This document shows, in pieces, positions 12,361-24,132 of a DNA stretch of 64,000 nt. This DNA comes from Macrostomum lignano (Eukaryota): the NCBI GenBank assembly GCA_002269645.1, contig NIVC01002623.1:91404-155403 (forward strand). Reading direction: 5' to 3'. Positions within the stretch are counted from its first letter, which is position 1. Every line of letters begins with the position of its first letter. The position numbers were made by a program, and so were the translations under genes. The notes under the pieces are model-generated. The model was not told the origin of the DNA. It saw only the letters and a program-made list of their open reading frames with translations, and did not search any database.

Positions 12361-12835
12361 TCACTCCGCTAGCACCCCCCTCACTCCACTGGCACCCACC
12401 TCCCTCCGCTAGCACCCCCCTCACTCCACTGGCACCCACCTCCCTCCGCTAGCACCCCCCTCACTCCACTGGCACCCACCTCCCTCCGCTAGCACCCCCC
12501 TCACTCCACTGGCACCCACCTCCCTCTGCTAGCACCCCCCTCACTCCACTGGCACCCACCTCCCTCCGCTAGCACCCCCTCACTCCACTGGCACCCACCT
12601 CCCTCCGCTAGCACCCCCCTCACTCCACTGGCACCCACTTCCCTCCGCTAGCACCCCCCTCACTCCACTGGCACCCACTTCCCTCCGCTGGAACCCACCT
12701 CACGCCGATGACACCCTAATGGCACCCACCTCACTTCGCTGATACCCACCTCACTCCGCTAACACCCACCTCACTCCGCTAACACCCACCTCACGCCGCT
12801 GACACTCACCTCACGCCGCTGACTCTCACCTCACT
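12361..12835. repeat. Minisatellite, 20 bp subunits in 40 bp dimers (CACTCCGCTAGCACCCCCCT / CACTCCACTGGCACCCACCT)
   Basis: Tandem units; reverse complement of the array at 14855-15070. Confidence 0.93.
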
Positions 12836-13534
12836 CCATTTCATTGGATTATACAAGGGCTAGATTAGCAATGCATTAATTTGTTAGAAATTCACTGCAC
12901 ATCACAAATTACAATGTCATTACTCGTATATATTATGCTACCTAATGCTGAATCGAATATGCAGAGAAATTAATAAAAAAGAGCTTTTGAGCAGTTGATT
13001 TGCGCATCAAATTGATTATCCTTGCATTGTCAGCTGCAGGTGAACTCTCCAGCGGTTGAATAAACTATTGACTTTTTATTTGGAATGCACTCTGACTCAA
13101 TACCAGCTATATAATTGTGAAAGCAGACTGAATTGCAAACAGGCAACAGAAGCAACAAAAGTTTCTTGAAGAAAACCAAAAGTTACAGCGAATTAAATGT
13201 GGGATTCAACACGGCAACTGGCCGACACCGATAAAAAACTGAAAGCAGAAGACAGAGAAGCCAAAACGAGTGTGGGTACTGAAAGGCAGACAATAGAGCT
13301 GAACTTAGCATTGGCCAGGAGCTCGGGAATACTTGCTGTTGGAAAGAAAAAGTTGCTGACAAATGCACCTTTTGATTCAAGAGCCACCAGCGGAACAGGA
13401 TGCTGGAGCGAATGATGATGCAGCTGTAATGGCAGCGTTTAACAAATATAACAACCTTTACTATATTGTTATTCAAGTCACGTCAAGAGAACCCTGGATA
13501 CGAGCGTAGCGCAAAGGGGACTAATTAATGAAGC

Positions 13535-14190
13535 AGTCACGTGATCTCTGGGGATCCACTATTCAGTCACGTGATCTCTGGGGATCCACTATTCAGTCAC
13601 GTGATCTCTGGGGATCCACTATTCAGTCACGTGATCTCTGGGGATCCACTATTCAGTCACCTGATCTCTGGGGATCCACTATTTAGTCACGTGACATCTG
13701 GGATCCACTATTCAGTCACGTGATATCTGATGATCCACTATTCAGTCATGATCTCTGATAATCCACTATTCAGTCACCTGATCTCTGGGATCCACTATTC
13801 AGTCACATGATCTCTAAGGATCTGCTATTCAGTCACGTGACCTCTGGGATCCACTATTCAGTCACATGACCTCTGATGATCCACTATTGAGTCACGTGAT
13901 CTCTGGGGATCCACTATTCAGTCACGTGATCTCTGGGGATCCACTATTCAGTCACATGATCTCTGGGGATCCACTATTGAGTCACGTGATCTCTGGGGAT
14001 CCACTATTGAGTCACGTGATCTCTGGGGATCCACTATTGAGTCACGTGATCTCTGGGGATCCACTATTGAGTCACGTGATCTCTGGGGATCCACTATTCA
14101 GTCACGTGATCGCTGATGATCCACTATTCAGTCACGTGATCGCTGATGATCCACTATTCAGTCACATGATCCCATTATTCAGTCACGTGA
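13535..14190. repeat. Minisatellite, 30 bp unit (CAGTCACGTGATCTCTGGGGATCCACTATT)
   Basis: Tandem units (VISGDPLFSH pseudo-ORFs). Confidence 0.95.
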
Positions 14191-14854
14191 TTTCAAAGCC
14201 GGGTTCCTGAAGAAGACACATCTCATGACTCGGTTCAAGCCCGTGTGGCGTGAGAAAAATCCAATAAAATACAAATTGAAACAAAATCCAATTAAAACAA
14301 AGCCATACACAAAGAGACCCAATCACCGATAAACGCGAGCGCAAATGAAGAAAAACAAAAAAGGAAACTCCAAAAACTGTCAATTATTAAATAACCGTCG
14401 AATGAAAAAAGATTGCAACGTTTTCAACAAAAATCTACTCTGCGTGGAAAGACACAAAAGACCTCTTTGGAGCCAAAGTATTTTTATCAAGCAAACGAAA
14501 AAAATAATTTAGGCAAAAATAAGACATCCAATAAATATTTGACACTTATGCGCAAAATGCTCTGCAACAGTGCACAGGAAACACAACAACAACCAGAAAC
14601 CGGTGACCAAAGATCTAACAGCGAACAGAAACAAATAAACCCGCTCAGAAACCATTACATTGATAACAGGTGCCGAAGAGACCAAGCCCGATTGGGATTA
14701 CAAGCATCTATAAATGATGAGCTAATTAAGCAATTTTATACGGCTTTAAGGAAAAAAATTGCATTTATCTGCCGCACTCCGCCGGCAACCACCCCACACT
14801 CCGCTTCGCTCATAATTCGAACCGCTGGAAGCCTCTCCAAAAGCCGCAAGCTCG

Positions 14855-15070
14855 AGTGAGGTGGGTGCTAGCGGAGTGAGGTGGGTGCTAGCGGAGTGAG
14901 GTGGGTGCTAGCGGAGTGAGGTTGGTGCTAGCGGAGTGAGGTGGGTGCGAGCGGAGTGAGGTGGGTGCTATCGGAGTGAGGTGGGTGCTAGCGGAGTGAG
15001 GTGGGTGCTAGCGGAGTGAGGTGGGTGCTAGCGGAGTGAGGTGGGTGCTATCGGAGTGAGGTGGGTGCTC
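14855..15070. repeat. Minisatellite, 20 bp unit (GAGTGAGGTGGGTGCTAGCG)
   Basis: Tandem units just past the RBBP6 stop codon. Confidence 0.93.
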
Positions 15071-15083
15071 AGACACTCTCATT

Positions 15084-15483
15084 CTATAGAGCAAAGCTTT
15101 TGCCCACAGTCTTGTCAATGACGCCGTCGTCCACGGAGTTGACGCGCGCATCGTTATAGTCGCATTTTTCCACAACGAAAATATCGTCCCCAATAGAGCT
15201 GTCGCCGCCGTCAGTCTCGGACTCGCATTCGCCCTCCTCTCGATCCGATTCCGTTCTGTCCGGCAGGGCGGCTGCCGACGCGGCCGAGCAGGCCATCTCT
15301 TCGAGTTTTGCCTTATCGAATTGCACGCTTCCGTCGGTGCGGACAGGGGAGATAACGACTGCGGGGGCGTCGGCGATTGGCTGCTGAGCATCGGGAGCTT
15401 CCACAGGCGCAGTAGCTGCCGCCGATGATGTGCCGCTGCTGCAGTACTGATCGATCATCCTGTTGGTTGTGGCGAATTAGAAA

Positions 15484-15527
<44 letters not shown>

Positions 15528-18500
15528 CGAGCCTGCTATGAGTCTCACGTACCTGGAAAAAGTTCGATAGGCCACCGGGCTCGGGCTGACGGTCACGCGG
15601 CGTCGTTTTGGAATCGGCGAGCTGTCATCGCGGCGACGATCACGCGGACTTCGAGGACTCCGAGGACTGCGCGGACAGCGGCGGCCGCGGTGACGACTGC
15701 GGCTGCGACTGCGGCTTCTACCAGCATCGGCCTTGTCGCTTCTGCCTCGACGTTTGCTGCCGTCATCGGCATTACGGGATCTACCGGAGTGCCGTCTGGA
15801 CGACGATCGGGACCGGGACCGGCGCTGCCGACTGCCGCTGTTTCCATAGTAACGACAGTCCCGAACTGGGCGCCTCGAGCTGCGCGATCGGCCGCCGCGG
15901 TCAACAGCAGCAGGCTGGCCGTGGCGGCCGTCAGCGGATGGAATTTGGTGCGCCAGCTGCGCCGAGCGGAACTCGGCCTCGGTGAGCGGCCGGCCGCCCG
16001 TCGGGCCAGCTGAGTAGATCGGCGCGCCCTGATGGGGCAGCGGGTAGGCCAGGCCGGGCTGGCAGTAGTATCCCAGCTGCTGGTAGGCAGCAGCGTACGC
16101 CATCTGGGCCTGCTGGTAATACTGCACGGCGTAGTCGGCCGCTGTGAAATACCCGCCATTGGCCGCCTGCCATGCGTAGCACTGCGCCGTCTGCTGCTCG
16201 TCCATCGACGCTGGTGGCGGCGGCGGCGTTGGGCCTTTGGACTCGGTCGGAGACGACGGCACTGTGGAGTCTGCGACGGTCGACTGGTTGCGCTGAGGGG
16301 GTGGGGTGGGTGTATCGAAGAGTCAGCCAACTTATGGGGTGTTGTGCAACCCTTCAGGCTGTGTGCAACCCTTCAGGCTGTTGTGTAACCCTTCAGGCTG
16401 TTGTGTAACCCTTCAGGCTGTTGTGTAACCCTTCAGGCTGTTGTGCAACCCTTCAGGCTGTTGTGTAACCCTTCAGGCTGTTGTATAACCCTTCAGGCTG
16501 TTGTGCAACCCTTCAGGCTGTTGTGTAACCCTTCAGGCTGTTGTGCAACCCTTCAGGTGGAAGTTTAACCCTTCAGGCTACTGTGTAACACTTTAGGTGA
16601 CATTTCAGATTGTGCAACCCTCAGGCCGTTCTGTGACCCCTTCAGATGGGTTTTGAACACTTTAGACTGTTGTGTAACCCTTCACAATGTTTTCTAACTC
16701 TTCAGGCTGTTTAAAACCTTCACGCTGCTGGTTAAACCTTCAGGTTGCTATAAGTGTTCCGATAACTTTTGTAAAAAATCTTATGGTAGCTGTTTAAAAC
16801 CTTCAGGTTGTATAATTTATAGAAATCATTTTGGACTGTTGGCAAACAGCAAGCGCACTACTCTACTGTAAGTAGAAAGGCGAACCTGATTGTCAGCAAT
16901 GAACCTGGCGACCGCTTCGCCCAGATTCCGGTTCGGCACTAGGCAGTCAACGTCGGCCACTTTGTCCCGACAGGCCGGGCAGCGGTGCAGGCTGGGGCTG
17001 CCGGCCTCAAATAGGGCGGCGTGGAGGCAGCGCTTGCAGGCGGTGGCGCCGCAGCAGATGAGGATGTGCGGCTCCTGCATCAGCTGGCGGCACAGGAGGC
17101 AGCGCATGGCGCTCGGCACCGATTGGTCGGAGTCCGCGCGGCACTCAGCGGCCCTCGAGCCGTCGGCAGCGTCAGCGGCGGCGACGACAACGACGGTAGA
17201 CTGCGCAGGCGGCGACTGGCTAGCGGCGACTATCCCGGCGTCGGGAGACTGCAAGTCGCTATCGACTTCTTGGTCGGCTCGGCGGGACCGGGGATTTTCC
17301 TCGGCGCTGAACGGCCGCTTCTCCTTCTTGCCCTGCGCCTTCGCCTCGCTTCACGGGTGGGGGCGGGGTGCAGGCTGCAGCGGACACTGGGAGTCTCACA
17401 CCTGGACAGGGGGTGGGGTTGGCCCACTGGGAGTCCCACACAGGGACAGGGGGTGGGGTTGGCCCACTGGGAGTCCCACACAGGGACAGGGGGTGGGGTT
17501 GGCCAATCGGCGGGCACTGGGAGTCTCACACAGGGACAGGGGGTGGGGTTGGCCAATCGGCGGGCACTGGGAGTCCCACACAGGGACAGGGGGTGGGGTT
17601 GGCCAATCGGCGGGCACTGGGAGTCCCACACAGGGACAGGGGGTGGGGTTGGCCAATCGGCGGACACTGGGAGTCCCACACCGGGACAATGGGACAGACC
17701 ATCCCAAAAAGCAAGCCGGCCACTCACGCGTCCATCTTGGGCACGGCGTATCGGCCGTCCTTCATCAGGTAGGCGCCGTCCACTTTGGTCGGCAGGATCT
17801 GCAGGAAGTCGCTGGGGATGCCGCTCGGCCGCTGCACCCTGGCCGGGTCCAGTCGATTGCCGGAGCAGTCGGTGAGGCCCGGACACTGGCGGGCCCAGTG
17901 CTGGCCGGACACGCGGCACCGGTTGCAGGTGTAGCCGGCGGGCGGCGGACCGTCCGGTCGGGGCTGCTGGCTGCGGAAGCTGCGGCGGGGCGAGGATGAA
18001 GGAAGAATATGAGAGATTTAATCGCTGTAGGAACTGCTCAGATTGACTCATGGGAATTGTTAGATTCCAGTGCCATTGGGTATCCCTCAGATGCCAGTGT
18101 CATAGGGAATCCCTCAGATGCCAGTGTCATGGGGAATCCCTCAGATGCCAGTGTCATGGGGAATCCCTCAGATGCCAGTGTCATGGGGAACCCCTCAGAT
18201 GCCAGTGTCATGGGGAATCCCTCAGATGCCAGTGTCATGGGGAATCCCTCAGATGCCAGTGTCATGGGGAATCCCTCAGATGCCAGTGTCATGGGGAATC
18301 CCTCAGATGCCAGTGTCATGGGGAATCCCTCAGATGCCAGTGTCATGGGGAACCCCTCAGATTCCAGTGTCATTTTTCAGATGACAAGTGTCAATGAGAA
18401 ACTTTGGTCTTTTAAATGTCAGAAAAAGCATACATAGATTTTGATTAAAATTTAAACTGGAGGAAACAGAAAGGGACTTCTTAAACTTTAGGTACGTAAA

Positions 18501-21500
18501 ATACTTCCGATTTTTCTGAAACTTTTGCCAGAGTCTTAGAGGCTGTTCAAAATGATAGTAAAGCAAAAAAACTGCAAAAAATTACCTTCACAGTTAACAG
18601 GAGGTCGATTTGTTAATAGTCTACATAATTAGTGATAATTTGATGCAAGCAGTTTCGGAAATTCAGAGAATTGTATGTTTAAAAATTAAACTTTTTACTA
18701 TATTTATTTCTACTAATCTACGTTGTCTTCTCCATTTTAAAGGTAAGTACGGCTGCTGATATCAATTAAACATAGTTTGATAGGATTATAGTTTTTCTCC
18801 ATGGAGGTGTTTGATAACTTGCTGAATTTTTAATTTAAATAAGCTTCATTGCAATCCCCCCCTGGACCCCCTCAGTCTCCAAATTTATCTACCTAATCTT
18901 CAATAGACCCCCATGCCTCTATTGAAGTTTAGGTACGTGAAATCATTTCCTATGAAGATTCTCCCCACCCTAAAACCCCCCATTCCCCATGCCCCGGTGG
19001 TTGGCTTTAAGCTACAAAAAATGAAGTTCAAATTTGAAATCAGCACCATCAAAAACCTCTGTGGAGACAAAATTATGATCCTATCAAAACTGCAACTATT
19101 TTATCTACCTAAAGTTCAACAAGTCCAAGAAGTGACGGTGAGAAAACTCACCGAACTGAGTCGTACTTCTGCGTTGACTGTCGAATAATGAAATCGAGTT
19201 TCTCATCCTCCGTGAGGCCCTCCATCATGGCGAGCTCCTCCTCTTGTTGCTGCTTGGTTTCGTGAAATGGCTGAAACATGGCGTAATAGAGTGGCAATAA
19301 GGAAAAGTTCATTTCCTAATCTCCAAAGAGTCACCGAGACTGCTGTCTATGGCTGTAACTTCACACTCGTCTTGATGAAAAGTTGAAAACGTGGAACCTA
19401 AGTGAAACCTACATAGAACCTACGGGAAAACGATACCTATGTAAACACAGGTGAAACAGGAAAGAAGTGACTCTAGAGACGACTCTAAAACGAGATGTCA
19501 CGGTACAAGTCGCAAAAAAAGCCGTCAAAAAGTCGTCAGAGAATCGATTGCAAGCGACTCTGGGGCCGTAGAGTCCTACCTGAGACATGCTGGAGTTGCT
19601 GTAGAATCACTGAGTTGCGTCTGAAGCGCATCCAACACAACACAGCCGTCCAACACAACGACTGTTGGACGACTTTTTCGCGACTCTTTTACGATTCTGT
19701 AACTCACGTGACGCGCTCGCGACTCAACAGCCGCCTCTCCGTAGCGTTACAGTCGGTTGAGTCGTTTAAAAGTCAATAGTGAGTTGCTTGCAATGACTAT
19801 TTAGCGATTCTTGTCACGGGCATGAGAGCCAATCCCCAAAGATGATATAAATGAGCTTGGATTGCTTTGCATTCTCTGTTGAGTCTCGTCCTACTTACTG
19901 CAAAGCTACCGGATTGGCAAACGTACAAGATAAAAAAGATTTGAAACTAAAATCTGCATCTTTGACTTGAAAATTTGGAGATTCCTTTACCGAATCATTA
20001 TTCGGTAAAGGAACTGAAGCAATGGCTTCTTCTTCTTCAATTTACTCACGCATCAATCATATCATGCACCCCAAGATATCCCAATGGGCTAATCACCTAT
20101 ATTGGCCCGTTTGTGTGTAAATTTTCGCTCAAATCTGATGAACAAATACAGAGCTTGAGGAGTGTCTAAAACCTTTTGACTGTGCCAAGGTAGAAATTCA
20201 CAAATATGGTACACCCTGTATGCCCAAAACCCTCCTATTATTGTTATTATTATTAAACGTTAAGCCCTTGTTCCAGGACACCCGTTGCATCTGGGAGAGA
20301 CATAAGGGGCAGAGAAATAGGATTATTTTCAGAAGTCCTTGACGCGGGCGCCACTATAAACAGTGCCTCTGTCTGTCTGGTCTGTCTGGGGTTGATCTGC
20401 CCTCTCCTTTGAGCCAGCAACAGGATCAAACTGGCTGCAGCCAAAACAACAGAAGCCATTTATAATAGAGACTGGTGCGCGAGTACCAAGCGAAAGCAGT
20501 CGATGAAGCATGCGTTTTCTCTGTGCTAATAGACAGCAAATTCAAGTGCACAGCCTCATGCCTTACACTGGCCTCAGACTGATAGCAGTTCTGCCTCTGC
20601 GGCGACTTTGATCTTTGTCGATGCTTTGAAGAGTACCGCCTCGAAGATCCCGGAGCTTCCAGTCTGGGCGTACGAGCGACCAACACCTGGGTGAACTCCT
20701 GCAGTAGCTCGGCATCGCTGCTGTACACTGCAATGCACCCAAATACAACTGTGGCCTGAGCTGCTGTACACTGCAATGTAATCTACACCGATATTCTTAG
20801 CTGCAATTCCCTAGCCCGATATTCTCAGCTGCAATTCCCCAGCCCGATATTCTCAGCTGCAATTCCCCAGCCCGAGATTCTCAGCTGCAATTCCCCAGCC
20901 CGATATTCTCAGCTGCAATTCCCCAGCCCGAGATTCTCAGCTGCAATTCCCCAGCCCGATATTCTCAGCTGCAATTCCCCAGCCCGAGATTCTCAGCTGC
21001 AATTCCCCAGCCCGATATTCTCAGCTGCAATTCCCCAGCCCGAGATTCTCAGCTGCAATTCCCCAGCCCGATATTCTCAGCTGCAATTCCCCAGCCCGAG
21101 ATTCTCAGCTGCAATTCCCCAGCCCGATATTCTCAGCTGCAATTCCCCAGCCCGATATTCTCAGCTGCAATTCCCCAGCCCGATATTCTCAGCTGCAATT
21201 CCCCAGCCCGATATTCTCAGCTGCAATTCCCCAGCCCGAGATTCTCAGCTGCAATTCCCCAGCCCGATATTCTCAGCTGCAATTCCCCAGCCCGATATTC
21301 TTGGCTGCAATTCCCCAGCCCGAGCTCACCTTTGCCATCTTCGGCAGACAGCTGCAAGTCGTAGTCCGCACCTGTGAGTCCGCACTTGTCCCGAATGGCA
21401 GCCTTGAGATCTCGCACGCTCAGTGCGGAGCCGCTGATGCGCACGGCGTCCCAGCTCAGGCCGGACTTGAACCGATAGTAGATCACGGACACGCCGCCGG

Positions 21501-21540
21501 CGAGGGGTGCAGCAGCCGCAGACGGGGCGGCTCTCAGCAT
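15084..21540 (-). CDS. RBBP6: RBBP6 / Mpe1-family E3 ligase and 3'-processing factor (DWNN, zinc knuckle, RING, RS-rich tail), about 773 aa. Exons 21540..21330, 20727..20567, 19270..19152, 17979..17728, 17348..16886, about 16292..15553, 15459..15084
   Basis: DWNN VIYYRFKSGLSW..VRDLKAAI..DYDLQL; EDEKLDFIIRQSTQKYD; knuckle GPPPAGYTCNRCRVSGQHWARQC; GIPSDFL..GAYLMKDGRYAVPKMDAEAKAQGKKEKRPF; RING CLLC..CCGATACKRC..CPAC..PNRNLGEAVARF. All intron phases are compatible; total 2322 nt. Confidence 0.93.
16345..16750. repeat. Intronic minisatellite, 20 bp unit (TTGTGTAACCCTTCAGGCTG), degenerating rightward
   Basis: Tandem units in RBBP6 intron 5. Confidence 0.88.
17384..17690. repeat. Intronic minisatellite, 40/50 bp units (CACTGGGAGTCCCACACAGGGACAGGGGGTGGGGTTGGCC[AATCGGCGGG])
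   Basis: CACTGG phase at 17425, 17465, 17515, 17565; RBBP6 intron 4. Confidence 0.9.
18063..18372. repeat. Intronic minisatellite, 27 bp unit (GGGAATCCCTCAGATGCCAGTGTCATG)
   Basis: Tandem units in RBBP6 intron 3. Confidence 0.93.
19470..19822. repeat. Dispersed repeat fragment with a relative at about 30810-30970
   Basis: Shared GACTCT..ACTCTAAAA..GAGA.GT.ACGGTACAAGTCGC and GAGTT..TTGCAAT.ACT..TAGCGATTC.TGTCACGG blocks at both sites. Confidence 0.5.
20790..21322. repeat. Intronic minisatellite, 28 bp unit (CCCGATATTCTCAGCTGCAATTCCCCAG)
   Basis: Begins directly after the RBBP6 exon 1 donor. Confidence 0.95.
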
Positions 21541-21746
21541 GGCTGCGACTGAAATTGAAACAGCTAGAATTATTGAGAAACAGAGTAGCGACGGTTGGTT
21601 ACAGGCGGTGGCATAGACAGCCAAAACCGACTACAAGCATATAAAATGGACAGTTGAAGGTCGCTGAAATGGGGAGGGGCATTGGCCATGAGTGGCAGAC
21701 AAATCACGGGGACTGCAGGAAAAGCTGATTGGCTGGAAGCTAGTAG

Positions 21747-21810
<64 letters not shown>

Positions 21811-22044
21811 CCTCAATGAACAAAATAAGCTGCAGGCAAAGCTTAGTCAGAGATGTGTACCGCACCGCACCACTGCCATCTTGTGGGCCAACTGACAAAA
21901 TATACGATTTGAATATATTTACACGACTGACGATCAGGAAAAACACGTAGCACTAAGATATGCCTGCGTACTACTTACAGCAGTTTGATAAAGATGAATT
22001 TGTGATACACAAACATTTAAAATTGAATTTAACATAAAACATCA

Positions 22045-23105
22045 AGTAGGGATTCCAATTTGGGATCAATTAGGGGTTCTGGCTTAGGATTATTAAGGGA
22101 TTCCTGCTTGGGATCAATTAGGGATTCTTGATTAGGATCATTTAAAGATTCCTTTTAGGGATTAATTAGGGATTCCTGATTAGGATCATTTAGGGATTCC
22201 TGCTTGGGATCATTTAGGGATTCCTGCTTGGGATCAATTAGGGATTCCTGCTTGGGATCATTTAGGGATTCCTGCTTGGGATCATTTAGGGATTCCTGCT
22301 TGGGATCAATTAGGGATTCTTGTTTAGGATAATTTAGGGATTCCTGATTAGGATCATTTAGGGATTCCTGATTGGGATAATTTAGGGATTCCTGATTAGG
22401 ATAATTTAGAGATTCCTGATTAGGATCATTTAGGGATTCCTGATTAGGATAATTTAGGGATTCCTGATTAGGATAATTTAGGGATTCCTGATTATGATCA
22501 ATTAGGGATTCCTGATTAGGATAATTTAGGGATTCCTGATTAGGATAATTTAGGGATTCCTGATTAGGATAATTTAGGGATTCCTGATTAGGATAATTTA
22601 GGGATTCCTGATTAGGATAATTTAGGGATTCCTGATTAGGATAATTTAGGGATTCCTGATTAGGATAATTTAGGGATTCCTGATTAGGATAATTTAGGGA
22701 TTCCTGATTAGGATAATTTAGGGATTCCTGATTAGGATAATTTAGGGATTCCTGATTAGGATAATTTAGGGATTCCTGATTAGGATAATTTAGGGATTCC
22801 TGATTAGGATAATTTAGGGATTCCTGATTAGGATAATTTAGGGATTCCTGATTAGGATAATTTAGGGATTCCTGATTAGGATAATTTAGGGATTCCTGAT
22901 TAGGATCATTTAGGGATTCCTGATTAGGATAATTTAGGGATTCCTGATTAGGATAATTTAGGGATTCCTGATTAGGATAATTTAGGGATTCCTGATTAGG
23001 ATAATTTAGGGATTCCTGATTAGGATAATTTAGGGATTCCTGATTAGGATAATTTAGGGATTCCTGATTAGGATAATTTAGGGATTCCTGATTAGGATAA
23101 ACTAG
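22045..23105. repeat. Intergenic minisatellite, 24 bp unit (TTAGGGATTCCTGATTAGGATAAT)
   Basis: Highly homogeneous core 22500-23100; each unit contains TTAGGG and TTAGG. Confidence 0.95.
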
Positions 23106-23534
23106 GCATTCCGATTTGAGAAAAAAATTGATTCCGTGATAAATTTTAATTTTAAGGTTAAGGTTAATCTGTCAAAGCAAAAGTACAGAGCAGCAGGTTT
23201 GAATTAATTAATCAACAGAGAGTCTGGCTACATAAAGCAATATCAGTTTACTTAGTGCTACCGCAAGCGTTCACAACATGATTCAGTGGGAGATAAACAA
23301 ATGCCAGAGGATCGGGGCGGGTGGTTAAAAAAATCTGGAGCAACAGGAAACGACAAATGCCTATTGCTATTCTGCCAACTCAATAAAACTGTCCCCGGTT
23401 TCCGGGGGAAGTGAGGGCTGGCGGAAGCCCCAGTCAGCACATGCCTGTGCACGCATTTGCAGCGCCGCGTGTCGGATACGAGGTTAAAAATCCAATTTTA
23501 ATGGAATTCTGAGAATCAGCACGTATTCAGCATT

Positions 23535-24050
23535 TCCAATTCCAACTGTCAGATATCCCTATTCGAGATCCCATCTCCTCAATTCGAACTTTCAAATATC
23601 CCTATTCGAGATCCCATCTCCTCAATTCGAACTGTCTAATATCCCTATTCGAGAACCCATCTCCTCAATTCGAACTGTCTAATATCCCTATTCGAGATCC
23701 CATCTCCTCAATTCGAACTTTCAAATATCCCTATTCGAGATCCCATTCCCCATTCCAACTGTCAGATATCCCTATTCGAGATCCCATTCCCCATTCCAAC
23801 TGTCAGATATCCCTATTCGAGATCCCATTCCCCATTCCAACTGTCAGATATCCCTATTCGAGATCCCATCTTCTCAATTCGAACTTTCAAATATCCCTAT
23901 TCGAGATCCCATTCACCATTCCAACTGTCAGATATCCCTATTCGATATCCCATTCCCCATTCCAACTGTCAGATATCCCTATTCGATATCCCATTCCCCA
24001 TTCCAACTGTCAGATATCCCAATTCGAGATCCCATTTCCCAATTCAAACT
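23535..24050. repeat. Minisatellite, 41-43 bp unit (ATTCCAACTGTCAGATATCCCTATTCGAGATCCCATTCCCC)
   Basis: GTCAG phase at 23761 and 23802. Confidence 0.9.
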
Positions 24051-24132
24051 GTCAAATAACCACTTATGAAAAAATCCCCTCTCAAAAGCAGAATCATCAG
24101 GTCAGTTATCCCAGTTGCAAAAGCCCGGCCGC

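Noticed and set aside
13060-13500. Purine-rich coding-like stretch
   Set aside because: Stops occur in all plus frames and no family is recognisable.
15483-17999. Plus-strand ORFs overlapping RBBP6 (similarly over MBTPS1, ABCA and the LINE)
   Set aside because: Antisense shadows of GC-rich coding exons.
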